A stretch of 42,758 nt of DNA from the IMG/VR virus record IMGVR_UViG_3300009179_000175, positions 1 through 42,758 of that record; one strand, 5' to 3'. The DNA is from a virus. Shown piece by piece: positions 26,615-35,741 of this stretch (its first letter is position 1; each line of letters starts with the position of its first letter). The notes below the pieces were generated by a model that saw nothing but the letters and a program-made list of their open reading frames with translations, did not search any database and was not told the DNA's origin. The translations under genes and the position numbers were made by a program.

Positions 26615-27946
26615 CTACACACCGGCGCCGGTCGCTGCGAACAGCGCCACCGCGTTCGTAGCACGATCGTACACCGCTTTCGTTTCCTGAGTGTTCGCTG
26701 TCAGCAGTTCTTCGTACCTGTCGATGAGATCGGATAAAGAATCGTATCCGGCGTCGTTTCGTGCGAGAGTTCGATTGAATGCTTGCTGCGAAAGGCTTTG
26801 AGCCTGATTAGCAATCTCAACCTGAGATCTCATCGTATTCGCATTCGAGATACCGTTAGCCACATCGCGGAAAGCGGATTGTATCCCCCTCTCGTATTCG
26901 ATAAGAGCGATATCTCGACTCGTGACTGCAGCATTCTCGATCGCTTTTAGTCGTCCTCCATCGTAGAGGGATTGCGTGATAGCGGGGGAAGCGATTAAGA
27001 AGAGTGGCCCAGTGGTTAGAGCCAGCAGGTTGACAGGAATGCTAATCTGCGGTAAACGATTGGCAATGGCGACACCGATCTCCGCATTGGTGGCTCTCAT
27101 CTTCTTATCCAAGGACATGATGTCCGGACGATTGAGAATCACCGCAGCCGAAGTCGTTTCCGGGATCGTGAAGAAGAGAGGACTCAACTCGCCCAAGCTC
27201 TTGGCATACTCGTTATCCTGCCTATGATAAGAGGTAAGCAATCTCAGAGCTTCGATCGCCGAAGATTTCTGCTGTTCGACCTGAGTACGGATAGCCAGGA
27301 TGTTCGCTTTCTTTAGCAGCACTCGTGATAGCTCCGCCGAGTTAGGTAGGCCCGATTGAGTTCGTGCATTGGCTTTCTGCTCGAGGGATGACAGCACTCT
27401 ACCCATCTCATCCAGAACTCTATGGTACTGATTGGCATAGGCGATGACCAGATGCGCTTTGATGACATCCGCGGCGATGGCGTCCTGAACGCCCTTCACG
27501 GTTAAGTCTTCGGCTTCCGCGTTCAATGTAGCCGCTTCTGTCGCCGACTTAATTCGCCCCCAGATGTCGAGGTCGAAGGAGAGTCCGAGGATTCCGTAGG
27601 TTTGTTCGTTGGTAGTACAGCACGATTTCACATCCCATTCATACTCGCCACCGACACCGGCGCTTACCGAAAGCGGTCCGTTAACCGTATTGATAAGCTG
27701 ATGCGCTCGCAGCGCGGTTAAGGCAGCCTTCTTAAGGTCCTTATTCGACTCGACCGCCAGAGCGATGTCTCTCTGAATGAGAGGGGAAGTGAAAATTTGA
27801 TTCCATCGAAGAGCGGGCATCTGGGTGGTTGGACCAGCACCCCATTGACCCGGAATGTTAGAGTCGGCGGGTGGCACGGGTGGTGCCATACTCGAACACC
27901 CATTGATGACGATACCCAAAGCAAGCGCAAGGCTAATGTTTCTCAT
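26615..27946 (-). CDS. TolC/OprM (NodT-family) outer-membrane efflux lipoprotein
   Basis: Lipobox INGC; SFDLDIWGRI, ILNRPDI, AEIGVAIANRLPQISI, YDGGRL, YE..IQSAFRDV motifs. Confidence 0.85.
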   Translation of the reverse strand: MRNISLALALGIVINGCSSMAPPVPPADSNIPGQWGAGPTTQMPALRWNQIFTSPLIQRDIALAVESNKDLKKAALTALRAHQLINTVNGPLSVSAGVGGEYEWDVKSCCTTNEQTYGILGLSFDLDIWGRIKSATEAATLNAEAEDLTVKGVQDAIAADVIKAHLVIAYANQYHRVLDEMGRVLSSLEQKANARTQSGLPNSAELSRVLLKKANILAIRTQVEQQKSSAIEALRLLTSYHRQDNEYAKSLGELSPLFFTIPETTSAAVILNRPDIMSLDKKMRATNAEIGVAIANRLPQISIPVNLLALTTGPLFLIASPAITQSLYDGGRLKAIENAAVTSRDIALIEYERGIQSAFRDVANGISNANTMRSQVEIANQAQSLSQQAFNRTLARNDAGYDSLSDLIDRYEELLTANTQETKAVYDRATNAVALFAATGAGV

Positions 27947-27964
27947 GATATAGACTCCAAGCAG

Positions 27965-28603
27965 TTATTGAACAGTAAGAAATGCAGATATGAATGGATT
28001 GAAATGCCAGATGTTACTCGATCGCCCCTTCTTCTTAGATTTCCTCTCTTGCTGTTCTACCAAGAACAGGTTAGTTCTATGAAACGCATCGTAAGAGTTC
28101 ATCGTTTTTTGAAAATGAAAATCCGATAGTACAGGATTTTTGATGATTTGGATGTTTTGGAAACTTCCCGGAAGCACGACAAACGATGGATCTTCGATTT
28201 CATAGCACGCGTCTTGACAGAAATCATCCCATAGTTCGAAATGCTTTTTAGCGTTCTCTTCGACATCCTCAGGCACTTGAACACCGTGCTTGCTCGGTAG
28301 ATAGGTAGCACCGGACAAGGTGTAAGAAACCTCGATGGTCTCAAGGACCTTTATTTGAACTCCTCGGTATAGCCTTCCACAAAACCCAAGAGCGAAGAAG
28401 TTGATAAACCAGTTCTCCTTCTTATCGTAGAAGTACCTGATACTTTCTATTTTCTCTGACGGCAATTTCTCTCTTACACGGTATGTCTGAGATGGGCTAC
28501 AATGTTCGGTTTTTCTATGGTACTCTACTTTTGGAGTACCTGGTGAATAGTAGGTTTCTTCGATGTGATCATAATAATCCGAGAATTGACTCACGATTTT
28601 CAT
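27965..28603 (-). CDS. Hypothetical protein
   Basis: 212 aa; MKIVSQFSDYYD, GFCGRLY, NPVL..F.F motifs. Confidence 0.7.
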   Translation of the reverse strand: MKIVSQFSDYYDHIEETYYSPGTPKVEYHRKTEHCSPSQTYRVREKLPSEKIESIRYFYDKKENWFINFFALGFCGRLYRGVQIKVLETIEVSYTLSGATYLPSKHGVQVPEDVEENAKKHFELWDDFCQDACYEIEDPSFVVLPGSFQNIQIIKNPVLSDFHFQKTMNSYDAFHRTNLFLVEQQERKSKKKGRSSNIWHFNPFISAFLTVQ

Positions 28604-28637
28604 CGTTTGTTCCTCTTTATATCGGATCGAATAGTAA

Positions 28638-28658
28638 GGAGGGGCTTTTCGCCCCTCC
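28638..28658 (-). terminator. Hairpin/probable terminator after hsp20
   Basis: GGAGGGGC/GCCCCTCC 8-bp stem with a weak U tract. Confidence 0.6.
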
Positions 28659-28666
28659 GATGTGAC

Positions 28667-29086
28667 TTAGTCTTCCTGTACCTCAATCACGGCTTTTCGG
28701 GTTTCGTCCTTCAACGAAATCGTTAAAACACCGTTTTTAAGGATGGCACTCTCGATGGTAAACGAGCCTCTAACATCGAATTGGCGAACGAACTTTCTCT
28801 TTGCCAATCCGCGGTACAGCCAGCGTCTATCCGTATCTTCGGTAGTCTCTTTCTTCTCACCGGTGATGCTTAGAGTTCTACCGTCGAAGTCGACAGCGAT
28901 TTCATCCTTCGAAAACCCCGCAACGGCGATTTCGATTTTATGGGTTCCATCTGCATCCGCCCAAGCGTTATAGTGGGGATATCCCTCTTGACGCGAGATA
29001 GGAAAGAGATCTTGTCCATTAAAGAATTGATTGAACAGGTCGCCAACTTCTTTTGGAAACCTTGTGGTAGTGACTAATGAGTTCAT
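28667..29086 (-). CDS. hsp20: Small heat-shock protein (Hsp20/IbpA family)
   Basis: YPHYN, IEIAVAGF, LYRGLAKRKF.R.F, A.LKNGVLTI. Confidence 0.95.
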   Translation of the reverse strand: MNSLVTTTRFPKEVGDLFNQFFNGQDLFPISRQEGYPHYNAWADADGTHKIEIAVAGFSKDEIAVDFDGRTLSITGEKKETTEDTDRRWLYRGLAKRKFVRQFDVRGSFTIESAILKNGVLTISLKDETRKAVIEVQED

Positions 29087-29158
29087 ATGTTTTCTCCTTT
29101 TAGTAAGCAAGAATATGATGAATGGAAACCCGTTAGGCGTTTCCGATGTCTATTTATA
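29087..29158 (-). promoter_or_regulatory. Late promoter TATAAATA (29151-29158) plus a ROSE-like RNA thermometer 5' UTR
   Basis: UUCUUGCU can pair with AGGAGAA around a bulged G; upstream hairpin GGAAACGCC/GGGUUUCC. Confidence 0.65.
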
Positions 29159-30250
29159 GTGAATAATCGCCTCAATCATACGAATAATCGAACTGCAATA
29201 CTTGGTAGCCATATGCGAGATGTCGAAGTCGGATTCCAGAAGCGCCAGCGCCTTCGGGATGATCTCATCGGTATCGTCGAACAGGAACCTACTATCGTTC
29301 ATCAGCAACTCGGGATGACTATACTTGTTTTCCGCGATAGGGTAGGTGTTGTATAGAATGGCTTCAAGCAAGCAATATCCGAAGTTCTCCTCGATGGTGT
29401 TGGTCAAGAAGATTCTGCTCTCCGCCAGAAGAGTATGATACTCCTTCTTCGACAAGCCTTCGTAGATTTTGATGATACCGTCTTTTTCCATGCACCTCGC
29501 CAGCTCGACTAACCACGATTTATTAGATTTGAACTCGGGTCTCGATGTGGTTACGATGATGTTCAAATCGGGCACTCGTCTCTTCAAGATGTAGCAAAAG
29601 TCCAACGACAGATTGGGTCTCTTCTCCCAGTCGAAACGGTTACTGATGATCAGTTGCTTCAACTTGGGCACTCGAAGATTTTCGTAATCGGAGGCGAACA
29701 GCGGATTACCTGTCACCACGATCTTATCCGTCATCTTCTTCCTATCGGCTTCGCTTACAACCAGCGGGTCTATTCGTCTCTCGATGATGGCTCTCTTGTG
29801 ATACTCGGTACCCACGAAGATCAAGTCGAAGGCTGCGAGCCATCCCAATTCGAAGAACTTCGAGTAAGGTGCCGCGGGCTCCATGAAGTCCTCTATCGTG
29901 TACGATGCCGCATGGCAGAAGCCGAAAAGTCCGATTTCGATTCCTTGCAGATCAGCCATAAAGCGGATAGATTCTATTCCCCAGAATTCGATGTCTGCCA
30001 CGAAGAAGATATCGCCGTTCTTAATCTTCCTCTGAAAGAAGAGTCTTGATATCTGGGCCAGTTGCGTTGACTTATAGTGGACCGTGCTATTGATGTCCAG
30101 GAAGGTTCCCGCGTCGACATAATCGGATAGAGGCTCGCCATCGATTACGACGACATCCGCGTATGCGTTAAAGGCTATCGGGATGTTCCTGTACCAGGAT
30201 GCCGTGTATCGTTCGTCGAGAGGTTCTATGGGTACGATGTAGACGGTCAT
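29150..30250 (-). CDS. Glycosyltransferase (GT-B, GT4-like)
   Basis: SNRFDWEKRP and EENFGYCLLEAI....PI motifs. Confidence 0.85.
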   Translation of the reverse strand: MTVYIVPIEPLDERYTASWYRNIPIAFNAYADVVVIDGEPLSDYVDAGTFLDINSTVHYKSTQLAQISRLFFQRKIKNGDIFFVADIEFWGIESIRFMADLQGIEIGLFGFCHAASYTIEDFMEPAAPYSKFFELGWLAAFDLIFVGTEYHKRAIIERRIDPLVVSEADRKKMTDKIVVTGNPLFASDYENLRVPKLKQLIISNRFDWEKRPNLSLDFCYILKRRVPDLNIIVTTSRPEFKSNKSWLVELARCMEKDGIIKIYEGLSKKEYHTLLAESRIFLTNTIEENFGYCLLEAILYNTYPIAENKYSHPELLMNDSRFLFDDTDEIIPKALALLESDFDISHMATKYCSSIIRMIEAIIHYK

Positions 30251-30672
30251 AGAATCTCCACCTCTTTATCATCATCAAACTCGTCGGGAGTAGTCACGAT
30301 CATCGACTCCTTCGGGATCATATAGACCAACCTGCTATCACTGACGAACTTGATCTGATCGGTAATCGCCAAATCGAAGAACTGGGGAACTTTGATTACC
30401 AAAACCAGATTGAGACGAGAGGGTAAATCGGATAACGGTAATTTTACATGTGGCGTCTCTAATGTAACCACGAGTCGCTTGTCCAACGACATCAGGATGT
30501 CGATATCTTCTTGAGTGATCGCCGATTTCTCGTCGGGAACGGAGACCTGGCCCACCTGATCCAGGAGGTACTGGTTCTCGGGATTCAAAAGTCGCTTGAT
30601 CTCATCTACCTCGACGAAGAGCGAATAGACTCCCTTCAGCCTACCTTCTACTTCTACACCTAATTTAGCCAT
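30247..30672 (-). CDS. Hypothetical protein in the glycosyltransferase operon
   Basis: GVEVEGRLKG..SLFV; overlaps both neighbours. Confidence 0.7.
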   Translation of the reverse strand: MAKLGVEVEGRLKGVYSLFVEVDEIKRLLNPENQYLLDQVGQVSVPDEKSAITQEDIDILMSLDKRLVVTLETPHVKLPLSDLPSRLNLVLVIKVPQFFDLAITDQIKFVSDSRLVYMIPKESMIVTTPDEFDDDKEVEIL

Positions 30673-31141
30673 TTTGACCTCCTGATTTAGAGATGTGCTC
30701 GAACAGATAGCATTGCGGATGGTTATCGAAATAGTCCTTTTGCGATGGATACAGACGATAGAGATCGTTCTTCTTCACCTCGTTTTCGGTATACGGAATA
30801 GCACCAGAGTTCATATCCACGCTATAGAAAAGCAGATTGGAATGATGCGACTTTGCCATTCGATGGACCGTTTGATGATCCGGATGATGATCTTCAATGC
30901 GAGGTACGAGAATGACATCGTCGGGAGCGAAGAGTGAATGAAATGAGCTCTCAAACCTGACTAAATCCAAAACGCAGCGAGTGGCAAACCCAAATCGCTC
31001 AGCCGCCTTCAATGCTTCGAGCACTCTCTCTTCGAAGTACTCGAAGAAGTAATAGACTTCCGTCACTTCGCCTTTTGCGAGTAGACTATGGCAGCCAATC
31101 GTTTCATCATCGATATGAGGTGCGAAGATGACCGTTTTCAT
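30665..31141 (-). CDS. PIG-L/LmbE family N-acetylsugar deacetylase
   Basis: APHIDDETIG, HPDH, LYPSQ. Confidence 0.85.
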   Translation of the reverse strand: MKTVIFAPHIDDETIGCHSLLAKGEVTEVYYFFEYFEERVLEALKAAERFGFATRCVLDLVRFESSFHSLFAPDDVILVPRIEDHHPDHQTVHRMAKSHHSNLLFYSVDMNSGAIPYTENEVKKNDLYRLYPSQKDYFDNHPQCYLFEHISKSGGQNG

Positions 31142-31641
31142 TGGTCATCATACTCCTTGGAAAGAGTGATGTTGTTCTCTCGACAGAACTCGAACACCTT
31201 CTCGTCCGACCACTCGAGAATGGGATAGAGATTCTGAATACCCCAGATACCTTTTACGACCCAGGCTTCATTCATCTCATCTCTCCTCACGTTCTTACCG
31301 TCGATGATGACGTCGATGCTCTTGCCTTCTCTATTCCACTCGCATCGCTTGGTACCATCGATTTGACCCAGGTAGCCTCCCGTATCAATCAAGGCTTGCA
31401 TATCCGCTCCACGGCAATACAAGATGTGATACTTCATGGAGTACTCATAGAGCATCTGAACAGTTCGCGGGTCCGTTTCGATCTTCGGGTTATGAATGAA
31501 CAGACACTCGGGGAAGACTTGATGGGTTAAGTGCATGATAACCGCAGAATCCTTACCCCCCGAAGTAGCACAATAGATTTTCTTATCGTTGGCGGCAACA
31601 AAATCTTCAATCAGTCGAAGTTCATAGCTTACATCTATCAT
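31138..31641 (-). CDS. PAPS-reductase-family PP-loop protein
   Basis: SGGKDS, G.KR.E, YPILEWS. Confidence 0.8.
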   Translation of the reverse strand: MIDVSYELRLIEDFVAANDKKIYCATSGGKDSAVIMHLTHQVFPECLFIHNPKIETDPRTVQMLYEYSMKYHILYCRGADMQALIDTGGYLGQIDGTKRCEWNREGKSIDVIIDGKNVRRDEMNEAWVVKGIWGIQNLYPILEWSDEKVFEFCRENNITLSKEYDDQ

Positions 31642-31668
31642 TTTAAGTCTCCTGTAATTTCATAATTC

Positions 31669-31697
31669 ATTATAGCACCTCGAGCCAAAAATGTCAA
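31669..31697 (-). promoter_or_regulatory. Consensus sigma70 promoter TTGACA-17-TATAAT with extended -10
   Basis: -35 at 31692-31697, -10 at 31669-31674; positioned to drive the PAPS-like to glycosyltransferase operon. Confidence 0.85.
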
Positions 31698-31700
31698 GTG

Positions 31701-33591
31701 CTAACTGATGGTACAGACCCCAGCCACGCAAGCCAGCTCGTGCGTAGCAGTGGTGTTATCGTCGCTTTCATATTGATGAATGACAGAAAAATCGATGTCC
31801 GGGAAAGCTTCTTCCAAGGCATGAAATTCTTCTTGACTGATTTCGCTGAACGGTGCCTGCTTGTAGATGTGATCGCTGTGAGGCAGGAACGATACTCCAC
31901 CCACATCATCCCAGTTTCGATAGATCCAATCTCCTACCGCCAGCCATTCGTCGGGCTTCACGTAGATAGTGCAGGACGGATTGTGCTCGCACCAGCAATC
32001 TCTCACCATTCGATAGTGATTGAGCTGATCGATTGCCGATATGTCGTCGCGCATCACGCTCGTTTCCGGAGTTCTTTTAGGGAATGAGAATACCATGATG
32101 TTCCCGGGATTCATGATGTCCGGCTCATGCGGGATACCCTGATCAATCATCAGCTGAGCCAGAGGATCTTTGGAGTCGTTTCTCACCGATCGGATATAGA
32201 ATGCCGAATAGCGAGGGTGAATACCCGATGCCGTGTCCACGAGTTCCGCAACCGTACCGCTGGGTTTCACGCAAGTCACGGCGGCGCTCTGCTCTATTCC
32301 CAGCTTCTCTGCCCATTCCTTATTCGTGTTGATGGCTGTGGCTCTTAAGAGAGTTAACCACATCTCGGCATCCTTGGTGACCTGACTCAGAACGGGATGG
32401 TCCATGATACCCGTCAAGCTCACTCCCAGCAAGCGTTCTTCTTCGGCATTCTTCTTCCAGACATTTCGAATGTAACGGAAGTCGGTTAACGTAGATTGGA
32501 AAGTACCGATGATAGAGGCGAGTCGTACCTTCTCGGTAAGAGACTCCAAGTCGTCTTCGGGTCTGATCACCACCTCCGAGAGATTACAGAACCCGCAAGA
32601 TCTCAAGTAAATCTCACCGCATGGGTTGGTACCTAATGCGACACCGTCGGTCTTTCTTCTACCGGTAGAGGCTGCCTTCTTGGTCGCCGATACGCGATTG
32701 AAGATTCCGCGCTCTCCGCTCTTGCTTTCAATCAGAGTAATCCATTCCTTCAAGAAGATCTCGATCTCGGGTTTCTCGGTATAGGCGGATGAGTTGTTAG
32801 CCAGAGCTCGCTGCGGGTTACCTACCCACCATTGACCTGTTTTGGCGTTTCTCATTCTGTCGTCGGACAGATTGGAGAGCGATATCAAAGCCGAACGACG
32901 AACTCCACCGACGATTACGATATCCGCGATCTTGCAGACGATATCGTGACACTCCACGCTGTTCAGCTTTCTTCCTGCAGCCCTCTTAAAGACATCCACG
33001 CAGAATTTGAAGAGTTGATTGAGGGGTTCTGGGCCACTGGCCCTGCCACCGAAAGTCTTCAAGCGAGAGCCTTTAGGTCGGAGTTTGGTAAGATCCCAAT
33101 GCGGAATCTGACCCGCATAGAGAAGAGCGATGATCTGTCTAAATGCCGTGGACCAACCTATGCGAGAGTCGTGTACTTGAATGACCGTTTCTACTTGATA
33201 GAAGTCTTCGTTGATGACGGGCAGGTTGGCGATGAACTGGCGCTCGACCGAGAAGCCGACACCGCATCCGCACATCAGAAGATAGAGGATCTCATCGAAT
33301 GCTCTGGGATGATCGATAGCCACATAAGTGCAGTTAAATCCTGCCACGTTGTCTCTTTCCAGTGCCGGTCCAGCGGTCATCAGGCAACGCATAGACGGCA
33401 TGACTTTAAGAGCCTTGATGGCTTGATTGATTTCAACCTCCGGGAAAACCTGTGGGCCGAAACTTTTCCGTAAAGAATGTGGTATAGCGGTCTACGGTTT
33501 CCTCCCAGGTCTCTCGGCGTCTCTTTTGATCGTCCCATCTGGCATAACGAGATAGATGAATGTATTGTTGATAGGGTGTGAGTTGTGCCAT
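31701..33591 (-). CDS. nrdJ: Class II (adenosylcobalamin) ribonucleotide reductase; +1 shift at CGG 33459-33457
   Basis: Frame 0 from 33591: YIHLSRYARW...RRETWEETVDRY. +1 frame: MPSMR, FNCTY, TNPCGEI, TCVKPSGT and C-terminal CVAGVC. Confidence 0.9.
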
Positions 33592-33592
33592 C

Positions 33593-34463
33593 TTATTTCC
33601 TTTCTATGATTCTTGTAAGTTTATTCTTGAATTCATCCAACTCTCGTCCCTTGAGATAGGTGTTTAAGGTCGCATCCATCGACCCCTGCACGAAATCATC
33701 CACCTTTAATAGTTCCGCCAGAGCCTTCTGCTCTTGAACGGAGAAAGATATACCATCGAATCTGTAATCTTCGAACGCCTGACATGAGATAGGAACATAA
33801 GGCTTCACCAGATCATACATCGCTTTGGCTAGCTGTACGATTTCCGATTGTGCATGTCCGGGATCGTTTCTTAAACCAATGTAATGGAAGAAGTTATGTA
33901 AATCTATCTTCCAATAGAGTTCGGTGTAGTTGGCGACAGGTAAGATGATGCGAGCAATCTCTCGGCTCATTCCTCCCCTGATCGCCTGAACATAGATATC
34001 ATAAGAATTATCGTAGACATCACGCGCACCACTTTGGAAATCGTAATAGACCCCCGCAGCAATATCGCCTTCTGATTTTTGCTTGTTGGTTGTCGACTGA
34101 CCGAACTCTCTATCTTCAGAAGGAAAGTAAAATTCGTTAGACATCGTAGAATAACGTCCGGAGTACTCATTTAGCGATGCTGTTCTATGTCTGACATGCT
34201 GGCGCATCACGAAGATAGGTATCTTCAAATGAAAGAGAAGTTCCACCATCTCGAATGGGCTGGTGTGTCTATTCCTCATCAGATATCTTAATAGGTTAGA
34301 AGTGTCCTGTTTGGTTCTTGGCACACCATTGCCGCCATAACTCACTCGAGCTGCATTGTCTATGGTAGAATCATCTCCGCATCACGGAAAGCAATCCGAC
34401 AAAACCGTAATCTAAATATCTTACATAACGTGGGTCTTCGAGAACTTCGGTAAATTGTGTCAT
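33593..34463 (-). CDS. thyX: FAD-dependent thymidylate synthase; +1 shift at CGG 34379-34377
   Basis: Frame 0: LDYGFVGLLSVM-CGG-AGA-TGA. +1 frame: GDDSTIDNAARVSY, HTSPFE, RHRTASLNEYSGRY, AQSEI. Confidence 0.9.
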
Positions 34464-34481
34464 AATATTTTCCCCGAATAG

Positions 34482-34520
34482 GAAGCCCCGTATTCGATTG
34501 TGCGTCGAATACGGGGCTTC
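34482..34520. other. Perfect 16-bp inverted repeat upstream of thyX
   Basis: GAAGCCCCGTATTCGA / TCGAATACGGGGCTTC with a 7-nt loop and no clear U tract. Confidence 0.7.
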
Positions 34521-34523
34521 GAT

Positions 34524-34700
34524 TTAAGCGGATAAAAAACGAGATCTAAATGATGGGACGATAAGAACCACCAATATAGCATAAGGCGATGCAACTAAAG
34601 CCACCACACCCAGAATCGATAAGAAGATACCGAAGTGCGGAAAGCTGAATGCAGCAATCAGAACGATGATCGCAATAACAAGCAATTCTTTAACCACCAT
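34524..34700 (-). CDS. Small membrane protein (58 aa, not in the ORF track)
   Basis: MVVKELLVIAIIVLIAAFSFPHFGIFLSILGVVALVASPYAILVVLIV... Confidence 0.6.
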   Translation of the reverse strand: MVVKELLVIAIIVLIAAFSFPHFGIFLSILGVVALVASPYAILVVLIVPSFRSRFLSA

Positions 34701-35169
34701 CACTCTCCAGATCGAGGTGCCCGACGAGGCACTGCTGCTCGGTATTATACTTGCACGTGAACCCCATCTTGGTGTATAGGCGTTGGCAGTCGTGGTTATT
34801 CATCAAGCACTCGAAGACGAGTCTCTTCAGTTTCATTCCCTTGGCGGCTTCGATTGCTTCGCCCAGTAGGCTCTGGGCCAACCCCTGTCCGCGGCGATGC
34901 GGTAGAACACTGACAGCGGCATTGCCTTCGTTGCTTTCAGGATGGATTCCCAGCGTAACCAATCCTTCGAATTCCCCTTCCTCATTCTCCTTTATGAAGA
35001 AGTAATGCGAATAAGGGCGTTCCGTGGTCGATAGCACCCAATCCCTGATGGCTGACGGACCCATGCTATGAAAAAAACGATTGTGCCTATCGTCTGGAGT
35101 TAGGGCGGAATAGTGATCCAGGAACTGCGGTAGATGGTCTCTAACCAGAAGATTAACCAGCATTGTCAT
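34690..35169 (-). CDS. GNAT acetyltransferase
   Basis: VSVLPHRRGQGLAQSLL and N....RLYTKMGF. Confidence 0.85.
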   Translation of the reverse strand: MTMLVNLLVRDHLPQFLDHYSALTPDDRHNRFFHSMGPSAIRDWVLSTTERPYSHYFFIKENEEGEFEGLVTLGIHPESNEGNAAVSVLPHRRGQGLAQSLLGEAIEAAKGMKLKRLVFECLMNNHDCQRLYTKMGFTCKYNTEQQCLVGHLDLESDGG

Positions 35170-35422
35170 CAGTTTCTTCCTCGACTTCTCTAACTTTCAA
35201 ACGCAGAATGGAATCGGTTAAAAACTTACGAGACATGATAACATAGCCTTCATCGGTTTCTAACACGATACTGTGATTGTCCTCCTTCATCGCAGAAATC
35301 ACTTCCGCTAGTTTGGAGAACTGCTCTCTAGCTTCATCGTGAGTGGGTGCCGGCTCTTCAACCGTATAAAAGTGGGTACCCGAAGGTAAGTGGAAGATAT
35401 GAATTGATGCTAAATGACTCAT
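35153..35422 (-). CDS. Hypothetical protein
   Basis: 89 aa, AGGAG RBS. Confidence 0.65.
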   Translation of the reverse strand: MSHLASIHIFHLPSGTHFYTVEEPAPTHDEAREQFSKLAEVISAMKEDNHSIVLETDEGYVIMSRKFLTDSILRLKVREVEEETDDNAG

Positions 35423-35434
35423 TGCAAGTATCTC

Positions 35435-35722
35435 CTAATCATGTGTTGTGATCTGCACTTCCCATTCGACCGTTTCGGGGTCACCCTCTTCTTCATCGAA
35501 TCGCGTGAAGTTCGTGACCTGTATCGGCAGCTTTTGATGAGATAACCACTTGTTGATCTTTTCGATGAACTTGGTGATATGCAAATCGTCTTGCCAGGTT
35601 TGATATGAAAAGACTAGCCATTCATCTCTGATGGCGTCTTTATGGTGAGCGTCTCCTTTAATCTTGTGGTGGATCAGATTAGTCATTTGGTTGTCGGTTA
35701 GAACCATAGATTCTGTCTTCAT
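35435..35722 (-). CDS. Hypothetical protein
   Basis: Likely start MKTESM after AAAGGAG. Confidence 0.6.
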   Translation of the reverse strand: MKTESMVLTDNQMTNLIHHKIKGDAHHKDAIRDEWLVFSYQTWQDDLHITKFIEKINKWLSHQKLPIQVTNFTRFDEEEGDPETVEWEVQITTHD

Positions 35723-35741
35723 AACTGCTCCTTTCCGAGGA

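Noticed and set aside
31138-31641. DndC-type phosphorothioation system
   Set aside because: The protein is only 167 aa and no other dnd or ssp genes are visible.
31701-34463. nrdJ and thyX as pseudogenes
   Set aside because: Each has a single +1 break and intact catalytic motifs, so recoding or a sequencing error is more likely than decay.
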